Shown here: in pieces, positions 63,523 to 64,000 of the stretch
Position numbering within the stretch: the first letter of the stretch is position 1
Layout of the letters: the number at the start of each line of letters is the position of its first letter
NCBI RefSeq assembly: GCF_030867145.1
Contig: NC_134414.1
Span: 22,742,810 to 22,806,809, forward strand
DNA from: Opisthocomus hoazin
Taxonomy: Eukaryota
Reading direction: 5' to 3'
Length of the DNA stretch: 64,000 nucleotides
The notes under the pieces: model-generated
Seen by the model: only the letters and a program-made list of their open reading frames with translations
Database searches by the model: none
Told to the model about the DNA's origin: nothing
Made by a program: the position numbers and the translations under genes

Positions 63523-64000
63523 CTTGAAATTAAAAGAAAAAAAATGGCTGCGTCATTGTGTTTGTATTACAGCACTACTGTTCCACAGAAGAAAAGAAGT
63601 GGCACTGAAAGGCAAGATCGATCACCCAGTCTCCATCCTTATGTTACTGATCTACAATAAGTGATCAGGCAATCTTGATTTTGTTCTCCTAATGCTATGC
63701 ACTAAATTCATTTTCTCAGGTAGGCAGAGTGAAAAAGAGATATTCACTCAAGTCAGGCTGGACTGATACTGCCAACAAAAGAAGATACTCCTGCTCAACT
63801 CTGAAAGCTTTTTTCAGTCCAGCACTTCCCCCTCCCTTTGCACACAGCAAACCAGACTGGAAAACTGACACAGGTTAGGAGTGTTTGTTTTTCAAGAGAG
63901 ATCAGCTCCCTAGTCTAGTTCAGTTCATTACCTGAGCAAGTTTGTGCTGCATGAGCAAAGAAGGAGAGACCACTGCATTTGGATACAGCGATAGCTTAAA

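Noticed and set aside
63265-63660. The plus-strand 131-aa ORF overlapping the CENPJ first coding exon
   Set aside because: It is antisense to the well-supported CENPJ N-terminal exon. It has no homology signal and no splice context.

Overview
This window is vertebrate, most likely avian (chicken-like), and is not prokaryotic. The evidence is canonical GT-AG introns, AT-rich introns, many CR1 (chicken-repeat-1) LINE fragments ending in (ATTCTGTG)n tails, and solo ERV-like LTRs. The supplied ORF track appears to use bacterial-style calling with alternative starts such as TTG. Its short ORFs are therefore mostly intron read-through, CR1 ORF2 debris or single exons. Two convergent protein-coding genes account for the window. 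(1) On the + strand, roughly positions 300 to 48600, lies the 3' two-thirds of a multi-Tudor piRNA-pathway gene. I call it RNF17 (TDRD4) because it encodes five extended Tudor domains split across small exons and sits tail-to-tail with CENPJ, as RNF17 does at human 13q12. I rebuilt about 31 exons; their splice phases agree from the exon at 5548 through the stop codon at 48444-48446. (2) On the - strand, roughly positions 50680 to 63520, lies CENPJ (CPAP). I recognise it from the large central exon (58422-60045; motifs [39 protein letters not shown]) and from coiled-coil exons. The C-terminal G-box/TCP10 domain is spread over five small exons ending ...[12 protein letters not shown]. Introns of both genes carry at least 11 CR1 fragments, two mutually related solo LTRs, homopolymer G runs and small microsatellites. 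One intronic CR1 keeps a 411-aa RT-containing ORF2 segment. I see no CRISPR array, operon or prokaryotic defence system. The most interesting biology is the conserved RNF17-CENPJ tail-to-tail arrangement, the heavy retroelement load inside a piRNA-pathway gene, and several gene-model uncertainties flagged in the findings.
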